Source: Bigelowiella natans CCMP2755
Taxonomy: Eukaryota > Protista > Cercozoa
DNA length: 50,666 bases
Assembly (NCBI GenBank): GCA_000320545.1
Contig: ADNK01002760.1
Span: 1 to 50,666, forward strand
Direction of reading: 5' to 3'
The position numbers and the translations under genes were made by a program. The notes under the pieces are model-generated. The model ran no database searches, was not told the DNA's origin, and saw only the letters and a list, made by a program, of their open reading frames with translations. Positions 25,472-39,589 of the stretch are shown here, piece by piece (the stretch's first letter is position 1; each line of letters begins with the position of its first letter).

Positions 25472-27795
25472 CTAGAATTCCACCCCCATACTGCTACTAC
25501 TCTTCAGGAATGTGTTCGCTGACTTTTCTACGTCTTGTTGGAGACATCTGAATGCGCTGCTGGCCTCCATTATCTTGCTTACTCGCTTCAGTCTGATTTA
25601 ATGTGGACATTGTTCGCGGATAGAAGAATCAAGGAATGGCGAGAAATAAAGACACATTCAATTCAATTTTATGGAGACTCTCTACTTCACCACAACAGTT
25701 AGCTAAGTTATCTACCCTGTGGTATGTAATCCCAGGCTTATATAGATCGAACAAACGCCTGATCGTTCCCTATAGTAGCCGGTTGAGCAAGGAAAATGAA
25801 AATTAAGTCCTTATTCGAAAGGAAACAAGAGGAGAATAGACTTTGCGTAGAATATGATTTAACAGACAAGATGGATAAATGGCCAACGTCGGTACTCGTT
25901 AACACCTCGTTTTCCTTTATCACTTTGCTTTCCGTTTCATTTTTCTCCTTTTTCATTACACTGAGCCCGTATTCCTCTGCCTTCTTCTCCTGCAAACAGA
26001 TAGGAAAAAACGGAGAAGTATGTGATCAGGCCTCTTTCGTCTGATTCTCCGTTTTGTTTCCATATTTTGTCATTAACTATTGTCATTGTTTTAGTATTCT
26101 ACCCCTAGTAGCTTTATAGCACTATCACGGTCGACTTTCCCGCGCTTTAGCTCGTTCTCTATGACTTGAGAGTATACAATTTATTAGCACAACAAAGAAA
26201 ATGGCGACGGTGACCATACGATACGACTTCCTCCTTCCGAGCAATACATTTGCTCGAAAGCAGATTTGGGTATGGCCGGCAGAATATATTATATTAAAAA
26301 GCTCTTCTTTTGGTATTTCTTTTTGTATTTAGTGGATCGATGCATCACTGCCGGCTATTACGTCAAAGAACTGATAACATCTTGAAAGAGTGTAGGTGGG
26401 AGAGGGGGCACATCATCAACCATACTTTTGTCTGGCAGAGAAGTGTACTTTTTGACATCGTGAAGTTGTATGGTTTTCTGATCAACAGCAGCAACAACAA
26501 CATCCCCCCCTCAAACACTGCCACCTCATATTTATCGAATCACCGCTCCCCCCCCCCCCCCCCCCCCCCCATAAACGTCGAAAGAATGCTATGATAATTT
26601 GATTCCACTGCGGTCGAACTCCGAACCATTTTTTCGCAACACAATCTTCTATCGATGGCGAGAGTGAATGTTCTCAACATCGATCTTATATACGGAGTAT
26701 TACTATATATTCAATCTCTGATGTGGTTGGCCCCCCAACTGCTCATCCATCACCTGTCCTCCTTCATAATGCTTTTTTAATGCAGGAATCGCGGCCTTGA
26801 AGAAGTTCCAATGAAATTCGTTTTTGAAGACCTGATGATGCTTGTATGTAAGGCCAACTCTAGATTGAAGCATCTTATCGTTGTTCTCTTTCTTATACTA
26901 CTTCTTGGACAAGTGTGTAGCATGTCAGCAGATTTCATTTCCCCCCCCCTCCCTCCTAGTGATACTGATACTACTACTACTACGTCTACTGCTATACCAC
27001 TGCTGCTACTACATATGCTGATGCTACCTCGTGACTTGATTTCCTTTCAGCAAAGACAGCTTTCAACTGCCAGATTAAGTGATTATTACCCAGTCGCAAT
27101 TAAACAAAATAAATAAAGCAGAGCGTGCTGCAGGATCGGCCACCTCCTCTTCTCTAACCCCCCTCTACACCCAACATAAACCGTCGTTATTCTCTAACAC
27201 CAACAACTACAGGAGTAGAATTGAACTAACCTTGAATGTGACGATGGCGGCGAAGTAAATACAGATGATGTTGAGTACGTACAGGCAGAAGCTAATTGTA
27301 CCGATGACGACGAAATCCGTGGAAGATCTGTCGAAAGTACGGCTGCTCGGCTCTAGCACTTGGAACAGGGCGTAGAAGTAGCACATTCCTACGTTTACAG
27401 CTGGAGGAAGGAGCGCTGCTGATATTGCTACTCCTACCAGGCTTGCTGTATTGTTGCTATAAGAAGCGATAGTATGAAGGTTAGATATTCAGTGGTGGGG
27501 AAAAAGGCAAAATGCGGTGTTGTTTTTACAATCAGCATCGCCATTACCATTACCATTATCATCATCATTATCATCATCGTCGTCATCCATCATCGTGATC
27601 CAATATTATTACCTCAGGGCGGAGAGCGCAACCCCCACACCCGACGGCACAGCGATCAGGATCCCAATCAACAAACCGCTGAAAAGAAGGAGCGAAGGTG
27701 GGTTGAGTAGGTTGCTGTTCTTCATCTTCATGGTGATGGTGAGGATGATGACGATGATAAACAAGAATATTGAACCAAAATGTATATGGTCATAT

Positions 27796-27833
<38 letters not shown>

Positions 27834-29880
27834 TGCAAGCAGTCGTAGAAGTACTAGCCGCAATTAACACACCTGGGTATCCCCCTCGACTCCATTTCAA
27901 TCGTCGGCCACTCGAGATCCTCTCCCCAATACGCGAAGATTGCTGCAACGCCCACCCCGGATACGAAGCAGAGTAGGAACGCTACTAACTCCGACACCAG
28001 CCCCTCGGTTACCTGATAATGTAGTTGTTGATGACGACGACGATGATGATAATAATGATGATAATGATGATAATGATGATGATGAGATCCTACTGGCATT
28101 GAATAGCGATGCTAGTCACCGTGTGCACACGCACACACCCAGAATTTAACATCTACATCTGCTATTTTTACACATACTTTTGCTCTATTACGAATAATGA
28201 CAGCCCCCCCCTGCCCCCCTCACCGTTGCTTGCGATTACTTACCATATCCCAATTGGCTATGATCGTTCCAAAGGTCATCGACACAATGGGGCCCATCAG
28301 CGGAGAGACGAGCATCGAAGCCACGATGACAACTGTGTTGTTTGTCGCAAGCCCCGTGGCGGATAAGGTAGACGCGACGACAGTGAGAACCCGGAAGTCG
28401 ATGGTATTTTTCGCAGATTCTAGCGCATTCCTGACAACGCGTTCATGCTCTGGACTTACGGGAAGATCTAAGTAGCCTTGGTATTGGTTGGATTTAGCCG
28501 TGCGGAAAACCTGCGTACGAATGATGAACGAAGTCCATGATGGGAGGAAGAGCGATGGGGGGAGGGAGAGGAGGAGGAGGAGGAGGATGAGGAGGAGGAG
28601 GAGGAGGAGGAGGAGAGAGTACAAATTGAAAATTGGATACACTGTTTTTTAAGAAACACGAGGCTTTGACTTTGGGATCGTTTTTAGTTCGCAATTTACC
28701 CCTTTCTCAATTCTCAAAAATGTGCTGCTCGCAGCACTAGCTGGCAAAGGTTGCACGACGGTATATTAGGCGGTATATTAGATGTGTACCTCTAGGGGGA
28801 GAATCGCTATCGTGCCGAAGTGCACACCGACTCCGAGATCGATCAATTTGACACGTAGCATCTGTGCTCTTTCTGCCGTCGTTGGAATAGTTACCTGCGG
28901 CAGAAGTATTGCATGGGTGGGGAAGTATATTTAGTAATCCTATCCCCTCCTCCCCCTCCTCCTCCTCCTGCTCCTTCTTCTTCTTCTTCTTCTTCTTCTT
29001 CTTCTTCTTCTTCTTCTTCTCCTTCTCCTTCTCTTTCCTCTTCTATGTCCCCCATTACACAGACCAGGAAGTGGTGTCCACCCTCAGGGTCATCATCTCG
29101 AACGAATATAGCGTCCTTTACGCCTTCAGCCTCAAACACCTTTTTTAGGCGGTTGGGTATGTTGACAGTGACCTTCTTCATTCCAAAGTTCTCTATCTCC
29201 TTCTGGACAGCAGACAGTTTCCTCCTCTTTACCGGGTCGGCGGGAGGATTGAGTGCGCTACTTTGTTTTTTCCTGGAATCTTCTTGTTTGGCGCCGGTTG
29301 GGTTTTTAGGCCTAGAGGCCAGTTCAACTTTAGGCAGGGAGGCCTCTAGGTGACCAGGCCGTGGCTGAGAATCATTGCTTTTCTTACCTGTCATGCCCCC
29401 TATTTTATTCTCCTCTCCACCAGTTGAAGGGTCTTTATGATGGTCGCTGTTGTTGGAACCTCCTGCTCCCTCCTTCGAGGTAGGAACAGGCTGATTGCTT
29501 GGCCAAGTCTTTTCCTTCTCCCCCTCCAAACCCCCCTCCCCCTTCTCCTCTTCCTCTCCCTCGCCAGCAACTCCTATGTTGATCGGAAGAGTTTCGACTT
29601 CAACATCGGCGGGCGCTAAGGCATTGTGAGACGCTTCTTCGATTCCACCGCCTTCCTGTCGAGAAGAGCCCCCCCCCCCGGAAGGACGATCAACTGTGGG
29701 AGACTGCTCTCCAATGACCGCACTACCATCCTTACTATCTTCGGCCCTAACATCTATTGTTGCCATCGTAGTACCACGTGAGATTTTATTGTTACTATCA
29801 TTCACACTCCTAGCGGAACGTGCACTCTTGTCCGCCCTCTTGCCCCGGTTTGTTTCCTTCATCTCAGTGCCCATATATTG
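25472..29880 (-). CDS. DUF389-domain multi-pass membrane protein; further 5' exons likely up to about 30300
   Basis: SATGLATNNTVVIVASMLVSPLMGPI, WPTIEMESRG, IAVPSGVGVALS, SLVGVAISAALLPPAVN, SFCLYVLNIICIY; long low-complexity N-terminal exon. Confidence 0.85.
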
Positions 29881-30879
29881 CTGAAATTGGGGACGAAGTG
29901 TTAGTGTGTGCACCGTTAAACATTAAGCGCGGAGGTTCTTTCGTGTAAAGTAGAGTTAGCGAGCCATACCGGCCTGAAGGTCAACCTTCCACTATCATCC
30001 TCTCCTTTGATGATCAGCTGTCGATGGAAAACAAATCATGATGAGAGGTTAGCAGCTTGTCAATTTTCCTTCTCTCTTTGTATCACTGCTTACTAACTTT
30101 AATATACCATAACTAACTTTTATGTAACCATGTTCCGTTTATGGTGTGAGAGGGAAGGCCATTCTCTTTGCCATCACGAACGAAACTCCGTTAGGCAAGG
30201 GAAAAGCAAAATTCGTCATAACCGTTGCATGTTCACACCAAAGCAAACGTTACCGTCACTGATTCGGGGACGTGCAGAAGAATCAGGAGCCCTGGCATCC
30301 TAACCCACGATTAAGCTTGGCCAAGGAAGCAAGCAAATCTTTGAGCTTCCAATCCAAGCTGGAGGCGTGGTCCAGGTGAGGGGAGTTTGCTCCTGGGTTT
30401 TTGGAAGGGTAAAACGCAGGCTATTCACGAACAAAAACTGAAATATTTCACTATTTTTAATGGGAAATACAAGGGAAATGGGTTTTCGGTATTGCTCCGC
30501 AAACCTTATGAGGGCAGTATCATTTTCTGGTGATTTTATCAAATTTATCGATGTCGCAGGCCAGGTATCTTCTCCGATGAAAAAGCACAAGCTCCACAGG
30601 GCAGCCTCCGAAGGTATCGTCGCATATCCACCGACGCCTCTTTTTGCATGTTTTCCGGATATAATTTCTTCGTAGTTAGATCTTAATTTCACTTCGATCA
30701 GATTCCTTCACAACGATGGTGCTCCACGCCGCTTCTTCCGGCCAGGGTTTCATTGACCCTGGCCCTTGATTTCGCTTCCCCGCCGCCTTCCCATCCTTTC
30801 GTTTGGTTAAAAGATTGCTGCAAACCATGTCCGGGGGAAGGACGCAATGCATATTTAACTGTTTGCTCTCCTCTTATGT

Positions 30880-31399
30880 ATGATATTGAAGGCTGCTCGG
30901 GATAGTGGTAGCGAAAGCAGGCCCGGGCCCAGGATGTGGCTGGTGATATGTCCTTTTCGTTTCTAATTTGTCAATAGTCTTTCAGGAATCTACGGAGATC
31001 AAATGACTTGTCACTGCCCCTTGAACAACCCCCCCTCCAGGTGTATGCCACCCTGGTGGTGGTTCAATTTATCTTCGGAGGTTGGCATGTGCTGGGTAAG
31101 ATCGCCTTGAAGGTTTGTGAGAGCACATAATTCATCGATGCACGAATTAATATCTCACATACACAATTTTGGCGCATGGCTTTGAAGGGAGGAAGGCCTC
31201 AAAAAACTAATGCGAAATGTCCGGCAATCATATGAATTATGTGAAAATATAACTTAACAGGCGGGTTGTAGCCCCTTCGTATTCGCACTCTATCGAGAGA
31301 TCATTGCCTCCACTCTCATGTAGCAACGGATCGTAGAGAAAAATAGAAGGGAGATGACTGAATGACGAAAGCATTCATGGATATTAGAACAGGAGGATG

Positions 31400-31471
<72 letters not shown>

Positions 31472-31510
31472 TATTTATATAAATGTGTGTGTGCATGTGT
31501 ATATGTGTGT

Positions 31511-31560
<50 letters not shown>

Positions 31561-33624
31561 TATGACTTCCACATAGTTGCAATAAATATAGATTCTCAAA
31601 CGATAACGCGCTACGATAAACCGATTCCATGTTGTCCACGTCGTCTTTTCATCAGTTTCGGCATGGCAGTTCCTACTGATGGGCTGCTACTTCCACGGAA
31701 GAATCATGCTCTTCGCTTCATCTTGATGGGTCGTATATAAAACTGATTTTACAACCCCAAAACAACGAGCTAAACATGATCAGTGATTGCGAGAAAAGAA
31801 AGAAGCTTGGCCAACTAGCCTGATGATGATTACACATGTTATTTCTCATGCAGCACTTGTTTATTGATTGGCGCGCGCGCGCGCGCACACACACACACAC
31901 ACACTCATATGCAAGAGCAGGATCTTTCTTATTTTATTTGACGAAAATGTTACAACTCTCGGAGATGAGATTATTGTACTTTATCGTCGACCTTCAATCT
32001 CTTCACGATTGTACTACTTGCAACTACCTTTTTCGTGATTCCTATTCCTAATTTAGGGATCTGCTCATTCGTTAATGTGGTTGGCTCCGTTGTTGCGCTA
32101 TGTAAGTGGCAATAATAATACTGAGAAGAAGAAGAAGAAGAAGAAGAAGAAGAAGACACAGAATAATATGAAATTCGTGTCAGAGAGAATTCCCATCACC
32201 GTATACTACGAATGCCCATGCCCTGCGAGTCAAGTAGCCTTGTTGGAGAACGAAGTGTTACGTCTTAATCCCTACTTCTTGCTGCACACGGGCCAATTGG
32301 TGCGATTTCATTCTCAATCATTTCGCGATGAAAATATCGTCATAAATTCGCAACTTTTACTTTCATTGGCTTCTGATTGCGGGGAAGTTGTCCGGCGCTA
32401 ATTTCGGATGTATTGTTCTGTCGTGGTCATCACCATTTTCTATATGTGTGCTAATAATGGGGGTTCGAAAGCTTTGGTGAGTGCTCCAAATGTGGCATTA
32501 TTACAGCCCTCAATTCCGGTCTTCGCCATGGGTAGTTGACATTACACAGTACCGGGGGAAGGGGGGGGGGGGGGGGGACACATGACATTCTATTTTTATC
32601 CACTAGAGATTTTAACTCAAGTTGAAACCCAACTGCTGAAAGCTAATTGCTATTTTACGTCCGTGCGTGCATGCATCTTGCCAAAAGGGATCTCGAGACT
32701 ACTGCGCTACGAATGGCTGACATTGTGGAAGTCTCTCGGGCTTGCTCTTTCCGTGGTGAGTGAGTATTTAGCTTTTGGGAATTTAACTTGCAGTTGTGGG
32801 ACTAGACAGACAAAAGCAAGGGCGACGAAGGAAGGGGGCACCTGTATTGCCTCGCTTATTATCTCGAAATTCCTCTTTAGCATAAAGTTGGAGCTGTCTT
32901 GTTCTAATCCTATCATGGTGCTTCTTGTTGTTATTATCTCTCTTATTACCTCTAGGCTGGATCGACTCTCGTGGTGGTGTTCTCCACAGAAGAAAGGTTT
33001 CAATAAGCAGCACATTCCATATTACATCAGTAGCCATCATTCATCGTAGCATCGTCTCTAGTTTTTATATCATGATTTGCTGCTGCTTTTTAACTCCTCC
33101 TCTCCTCCTCCCCCTCCTCCTCCTCATCCCTCACCACCACCTCCTCGTCGTTGTCGTCTTGCAGTGGGTCTTCAAAAGATGCGGTGACCGGGAACATCGT
33201 ACTAGTATTCCAGTGTGCAGCAATGGCAATGCTGTTAGTGCTACAGAAAGACGTTAATAAGATATATCCCCACAAGACTATCACATTTTGGTAATAATCA
33301 ATGTGTCGCAGATGCCATAGTAACGGCAGTGGCAAAAGCAGTTATAATGTTGCAATGTTCATACCAAACCTTCCTTGCTCTTTACGGTCGCTTCATCGCA
33401 TTGCAAGCACCATACAAGACTACTGCGTTGAGAAAAGAGGCGGCTGTAACTGTCATCATCATATGTGCACACAGTGTTTGATGATGAGCGTCGTTTTCTT
33501 TAATCACTATCATCATCATCATCACCATCATTATCATCATCATCATCGTAACATCACCAGGTTTTACAGTATTGGCACAGTGCTAAGCGGTATTGCGGCT
33601 GCCGTCGCTGTCAAGCATGCGGGT

Positions 33625-33658
<34 letters not shown>

Positions 33659-34007
33659 TCCAATACCAACAAATTATTTATGGCAATAATTCCTTCAAAT
33701 GTTGCGCAAAACCCGTATGTAAAGTGGGTGAAATCACGTTTGGGAACTCCGCGACCTATTGCAATACATCGTCAGTTCATTCGCATGTTTTCCTTCCCCC
33801 CCCCTTTCTGCAAACAGCGGCGTTGGACGTAAAGGCTAGGGAGATATGGATTGCGCTGGGATATGCATCCGTGTTTGCTACTATGTTCAACTACATTGCC
33901 ATGACGTGGACAAACAAGTAATAGAAGGAACAGCATACTAGTAGGAGCCAGTGCCACCAGCTTTGGAAGAATGTTGTCTTCTTGCGTGCAAGATATATAA
34001 TAGTATG

Positions 34008-34061
<54 letters not shown>

Positions 34062-35236
34062 ATTGTATATATACAAAATTATATTATGTATAATATGTGT
34101 GTGGTTGATGGGTCTTTGGTGTGCTCATCTGCCGTCTTATCGTTCTCTATCCCCCCCCTCTCACATATGCACACATAGGTATGTGGAAGCATCCGTTGTT
34201 TCCGCCTTCATGACTCTACAGCCTGGTACGTAATCGTAGACACGAGAGCGACAACAACAGCGAAAAAACCTTTCGATCGTGTTGGATTTCCCTAACTTTC
34301 CCACGGTGTTCTTCTACCCAAAAGATTGTTTTCTTCTTTCTCCTTATTCCTTTGTGGGTGGAGGCGTGGGAAGAACGAATACTGAGTGCAAGGGGTTGCC
34401 CAAAGAAGAGAGGCTTTTGCTAATTTTGATATTCATTAAGAATTAGAGTAAGCTAGCAAAGATTGTTCTAGCCGGGTTGTGATTTCCTTCTTGAATTGTC
34501 GTGTTCTTTAGTCGCAACTGTGATATTAAGCGCTGTATTTCTTTCCTACCACGTGGAGGTGCCGCAAATAGTTGCAGGGGTTGTTGTAATAGGTAATAAT
34601 ACTACTCCTTCATTGTTCAGCCGCCACCCTCTGCTTTGTCACTGCTACTGCCACTACCACTGCCACGACTACACACTTCAATACTTACTTTCAAACCAAT
34701 CGCATCCGCGATCAAACCCACACGCACGAGCTGAAGCGACTCTCTACATGAAACAGGCGGGCTCCTAGTTACGAGCTATGGGCAAACGATAGAACGTCAT
34801 GCTACCACCTCGAATGCCGCCGGTAGGCGTTTATCGTCGCCAGTGGACGAAGAAGGAATGGATGATCCTACAGATGAAGTAGTAGATACACATACAGATG
34901 CACGTCAAATCGGCGACCTATGCTATTTAAGAATCAACGTTTATCATGTCGCATCGTCGTTATCATCATCATCATCATCATCATCATCATATCGTCACAA
35001 ATGTGATAATTCGTTTCATTGCGTTTATTCATTTCCAGGAGCAGAGGAAACAATTGACCTCCTCTGCGGACTCAAAGAGCGGAGATGACTACTGCCATCC
35101 ACCGAACGATAAATCATCGGTGCAGCAAATATCCACGCACCAAAGCGAGACATTTGGCATTCGCAATTTGCTGAAAAGACCATTTCTCAATGACGGCAAC
35201 AGGAGCAAGGGTGACGAGGATTTAGAGGACGTTTAG
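30880..35236 (+). CDS. EamA/DMT-family transporter (WAT1/nodulin MtN21-like), multi-exon; start approximate
   Basis: [104 protein letters not shown]. Confidence 0.88.
31401..31555. repeat. compound (TA)n/(TG)n microsatellite in an intron
   Basis: Directly visible. Confidence 0.95.
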
Positions 35237-35314
35237 ATGTATGATGTCCGAAGAACTGTTGTAAGACATGCAATGTCAATGGGGTTTTATTGTTTTAGCA
35301 CAAACAGCATAGAT

Positions 35315-36340
35315 TGTCACACACACCGCCACTTTGACTTCACATGCGCCATGTGCCGCATGCATTTTGCGTTTCTCCCCGTCGCACAGCTGATCATGTT
35401 GAAGTAGTTGTTGATCTCCGCAAGAGCATCGTTGCACTCTAGCACTCTAGCACTGTTTGGTGACCAGCAACAAAAAAGCGTTGGCATGCTAGCATGCGCG
35501 GTCATGCATGCTAGCATGGTCGAAGCAACAATCGCTACCACCATGCATGACCTGTCCAACACCACCACCATCAGTGTCTGCAGCCATGATGACATCTGAA
35601 ATTAGCTAGTTAGCTAGTCAGCTCCGTGGAGAACATGAACTCGAGTCAACTTCACATGCATGATTTGAGCACATCCACGACCTAGCTAGCTAGCTAGCTA
35701 GACGTGCACGCACAACACTGGATTGATGTGATGTGACATCGCCAGATCGGCGGAGACGACAGCGATTTGGCGATCCTTGCTCTGACATCAGTCATGCTAG
35801 CATGGCACTGTTCAATGCGAGCAGACATGAACTCAGAAGTGCTAGATGATGGATTGACGATGCAGTCACCACGTGGCACGCACAAGCACCACATTGATCG
35901 ATCGAACAGTGCTAGAGTGTTGACCGACCTTTCTGCAATGAGCACAATGCTGGAATGAACAATGAACAATGAACAATGAATGAAGCATCGATGCAAAACC
36001 ACATGCGCCAGAAACACATGGGAGACAAGTGTGTGCATGAAGCAGCGCCTCAGCAAAAGTCATTGCGAGGTGGGACTCACACAGACTTGTCAGCACCCTG
36101 TTGGTGGTGAGTGACAACTTGCAACCGAGCCGAACCAGCCGACAATGAACAATGAACAATGATGACGAACTACGTTTCCAAAATGTTGCAAGACATTTGC
36201 AGTGTGCGAAATGCAGTGCCTCGAACTGGCTTCAGTGAGGACTGTGACTAGCAAATCAACTAGCTGATGCAATCCGCACGGACGGTAGAAACATGCAGAA
36301 TGCACACATTCTTGTCCTACGACAACAACAATTGTGCGTC
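35315..36340. other. strongly TpA-depleted intergenic tract with (CTAG)n at 35682-35701 and (AATGAAC)n units
   Basis: Every TA seen is in TAG or CTA context. Confidence 0.92.
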
Positions 36341-36820
36341 GTATTCATAAAATAGCCCGGTAAACAACGCGTTTGAATTCGAAGTTCCGAAATAATCGGT
36401 TCTAATTCGGGTTCACCGACCGACGTTGGTTCCTCAGGAGAGTGTCTGCTGGCTTGGTACGGGTACGGCTACAGAGGGGCACCCCACCTGCCTTCTAGTT
36501 GCTGTTCTGCTGTGGGGAGGGGGGGAATTGCTTTGGTGTTTGTTCTGCTCTCCTTCGAGTATGCATGCAGCTCTGTTGGCCTTCGCTAAACTATGTTTTT
36601 GCAAAAAACTCTGTCCAACTCCCATCAGAAAGCAGTGCTCTTGATGCTCCTACCTGGCCACTGACATGTATCATTGCCGCCATTTCTTGCTCAAGAGCTT
36701 ACGCCGATTGGTAGTGAGGGGGAAAGCACGGAGGGGAGAGACCTGGGGAAAATATGGACACTGGCGCAGTTGCACAGGTTTCACTCTCGGATGTAGCGCG
36801 TTCTGTTTTTGGACTGTGAG

Positions 36821-37170
36821 GTACGGCAACCGCAGCAGTGCTCACTACGCAAAAGGCAGCAATGACGACGACCCCCAAAGTAAGAGCCAGGCCGGAGATG
36901 TTGGTGCGGTTGACTTCCCCCACCCAGATCCTACGATTTCGCACTGGATTGCAGAGGTGCGAGCTATTTCTCGAAGCCTCGCTTAAACAAAGCCATAGAT
37001 GTTTGCTAAAGCACTGAAAAAGTATATATTTGCGCAGGCAAATCAACTCGGGACATCTGTTACAGCGTCGCGTGATGAGCAGATTCTTCCGAGCTACTCT
37101 CCGATCGTGATTATAGGTAGAGGGAGTTCATTTCTGCCCTGCCAGCAAACAATCCATGAACTTCACACAC

Positions 37171-37214
<44 letters not shown>

Positions 37215-37965
37215 ACACACACATACACACACACACTCACACAAAAGGCCCTCTCGGCAGTCAGATGTATTCAGACTTGGGCTTGCATGTACGCCTTCAT
37301 CCATCATTATTTTTGGTCATCATCGTCGTCGTTTCGTCATTGAACGACGACTGTTTAGGCGGCGGGTTGAGTGGAACGAGTGTGAGCTATCACCTCACCC
37401 TTGCAGAACAAAAGAGCCTGCTCCTTGAAGCTCGATCTATAGGCTACGGTTCGTGCTCGCTTTCAAATATATATTGGGTGGTGGCGATGACGATGTGCAG
37501 GAGGAGTCGTATCGTAAACTCGAGAATTGATATTTATACTTGAATTGCGTCATTCTTCTAGGAGCCAGTGGGAGAAACGGTGGCATCCTTCAACCAAAAA
37601 GCTACTTTGAGCTCCCAAAGCTGGTAGTAGTAAGCAGTAGTAGCAGCAGCAGCAGCAGCAGCAGTAGCAGTAGCAGTAGGTAGTAGTAGTAGTAGGTAGT
37701 GGTAGTGGTAGTGGTAGTGGTAGTGGTAGTAGTAGTAGTGGTAGTAGTAGTACACAGCGGCAGTCGTTCTGCCAGCCACGTGTCCAGTTGGAAGCTTAGT
37801 TATCGAACACTGTTACTACTCGATTGGAAATCGTGCTGTTATCTGTTTACGACAAATGTAAGTATTACGTTTACTAACAAGTTTGCGAAACCGCTCTTCC
37901 AAAGGCGCGCAAGTATGGAATCTTGGCAGCTTATAGAATCATCAGGTTCATCATAGCTTGTTTTT

Positions 37966-37997
<32 letters not shown>

Positions 37998-38498
37998 AGC
38001 ACTTGATGCATAGGAGGAGATGGAAGAAAGGAGAGGGACTAATAGCCAACACGGGAAAATCTGAAAGTTTTATTTTAAAAGAACTGTTTGGCAGCAGTAG
38101 GAGTAGTAGTAGTAGTAGTAGTAATTGTATATATTTGGTTGCGTTTTGCTGGATTTTCTGTTCGTCGTCAACCAAGGTTTGAGCAAGAAGGGAGACGAAT
38201 GGTGCGGCGGTTTTGCGCCAACCATGCTCGAAAGTACACAGGAGATGACTTGGGGCTTGTAAGGTATTTTGTAGTCATCGGCATCAGCACTGTCATGGCC
38301 TGCATTTTCGGATCAACATCGTTTTACGAGGGCACAACTGCATGTTAGTCTGTAAACGGCGGTGATACGATGTAGGGATTTGGACGCCATGCTGATATTT
38401 GAGGATGGGGAGGAATTTCTAAAGGAGGTGAGCCGTTGAACTATCGCTTTAGCTTTGATATTATGGCAGTTTGCAACGGTCATTCTAAGGCCTCTAAT

Positions 38499-38534
<36 letters not shown>

Positions 38535-39534
38535 AGAAATTGTTGTATTTTGGTAACATAAAGGTTGGTATCTTTGGACGATCACCTCTCAGGCAGCTAC
38601 TTTGGTAACCATCATCACCACAACATCCTTGTAGCAGTGATATATAAATGCGTTCCATGACAAACATGGTTCTTGACCACGAGAATATTGCGAAAAACCC
38701 TCTGCTTCTTTATCTACCATCCGTTAAGGATGATTGCTGCCGCTACTGTTTTCGCGCAGACATTCGTTTGTTCTTAGGTCTCTTGGGCTGCAAATTCTGA
38801 CCAAAGCAGAATGCCAAGTATTGCGATGCGTAGCGTCATTAGCTAAATCATCCTAGCAGCTCTGTTTTGCATTTCTGGAATGTTTGTAGTTGTCCTCACG
38901 ACGACCTCATGCTCCCTCTCAGTACTATTCCTCACGTTTGCCTCGGCGTATGCTGCTGCCATCAAGCAGTATTGTTTGTTATTTGTTGCAACTGGCATGC
39001 TCTCACGTAGCCGCATCATCACATTGGTCAGGGGGATTGGGAAGCTGGGGCCATACGCCTTCCGAAAGGAGCTGATGCCGTATTATTACTATTATATTGT
39101 AGAGGCATGCGTGAATGCTCGTTGTTCGCTCCTTTTTGCTTGAAGCAGCAAGCGGCGTTGTTCTATTCCCTATTGTTGATTTCTGTCGCTGCGCTGCCTC
39201 CTTCCTAGGTGTCTGGCATCAGGCTCTCCAAAGCACTTGCTTCCGAAGCTGAGCAAGGAGGTCCTTTAACCTTCCTAAGTTCTCCGATATATCGATATAG
39301 GAAGGGGCATAGCATCTTTCCTATTTTGCTACGGGTGGATGATAGAGAGACCGACGTCTGAGCCCCACCCCGCTGAGGACTACATGTTGATGGTGGTGAT
39401 AAAATCAGGAGCCGAGATTAGAGAAGGCGTGGTGGTAGAGGCAGTGGTTGAGGTAGTAGTATTTTTAGAAGTTTGGAACAAGAGTGCATGGATGGAAGAT
39501 GCTGTAGTTGTGTAAATCTCTCTCTCTCTCTCCC

Positions 39535-39589
<55 letters not shown>

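Noticed and set aside
28940-29060. Poly-Glu/Gly tail of the 340-aa ORF
   Set aside because: It is read-through into an intronic (GAA)n/(GGA)n repeat after the donor following GGHHFL.
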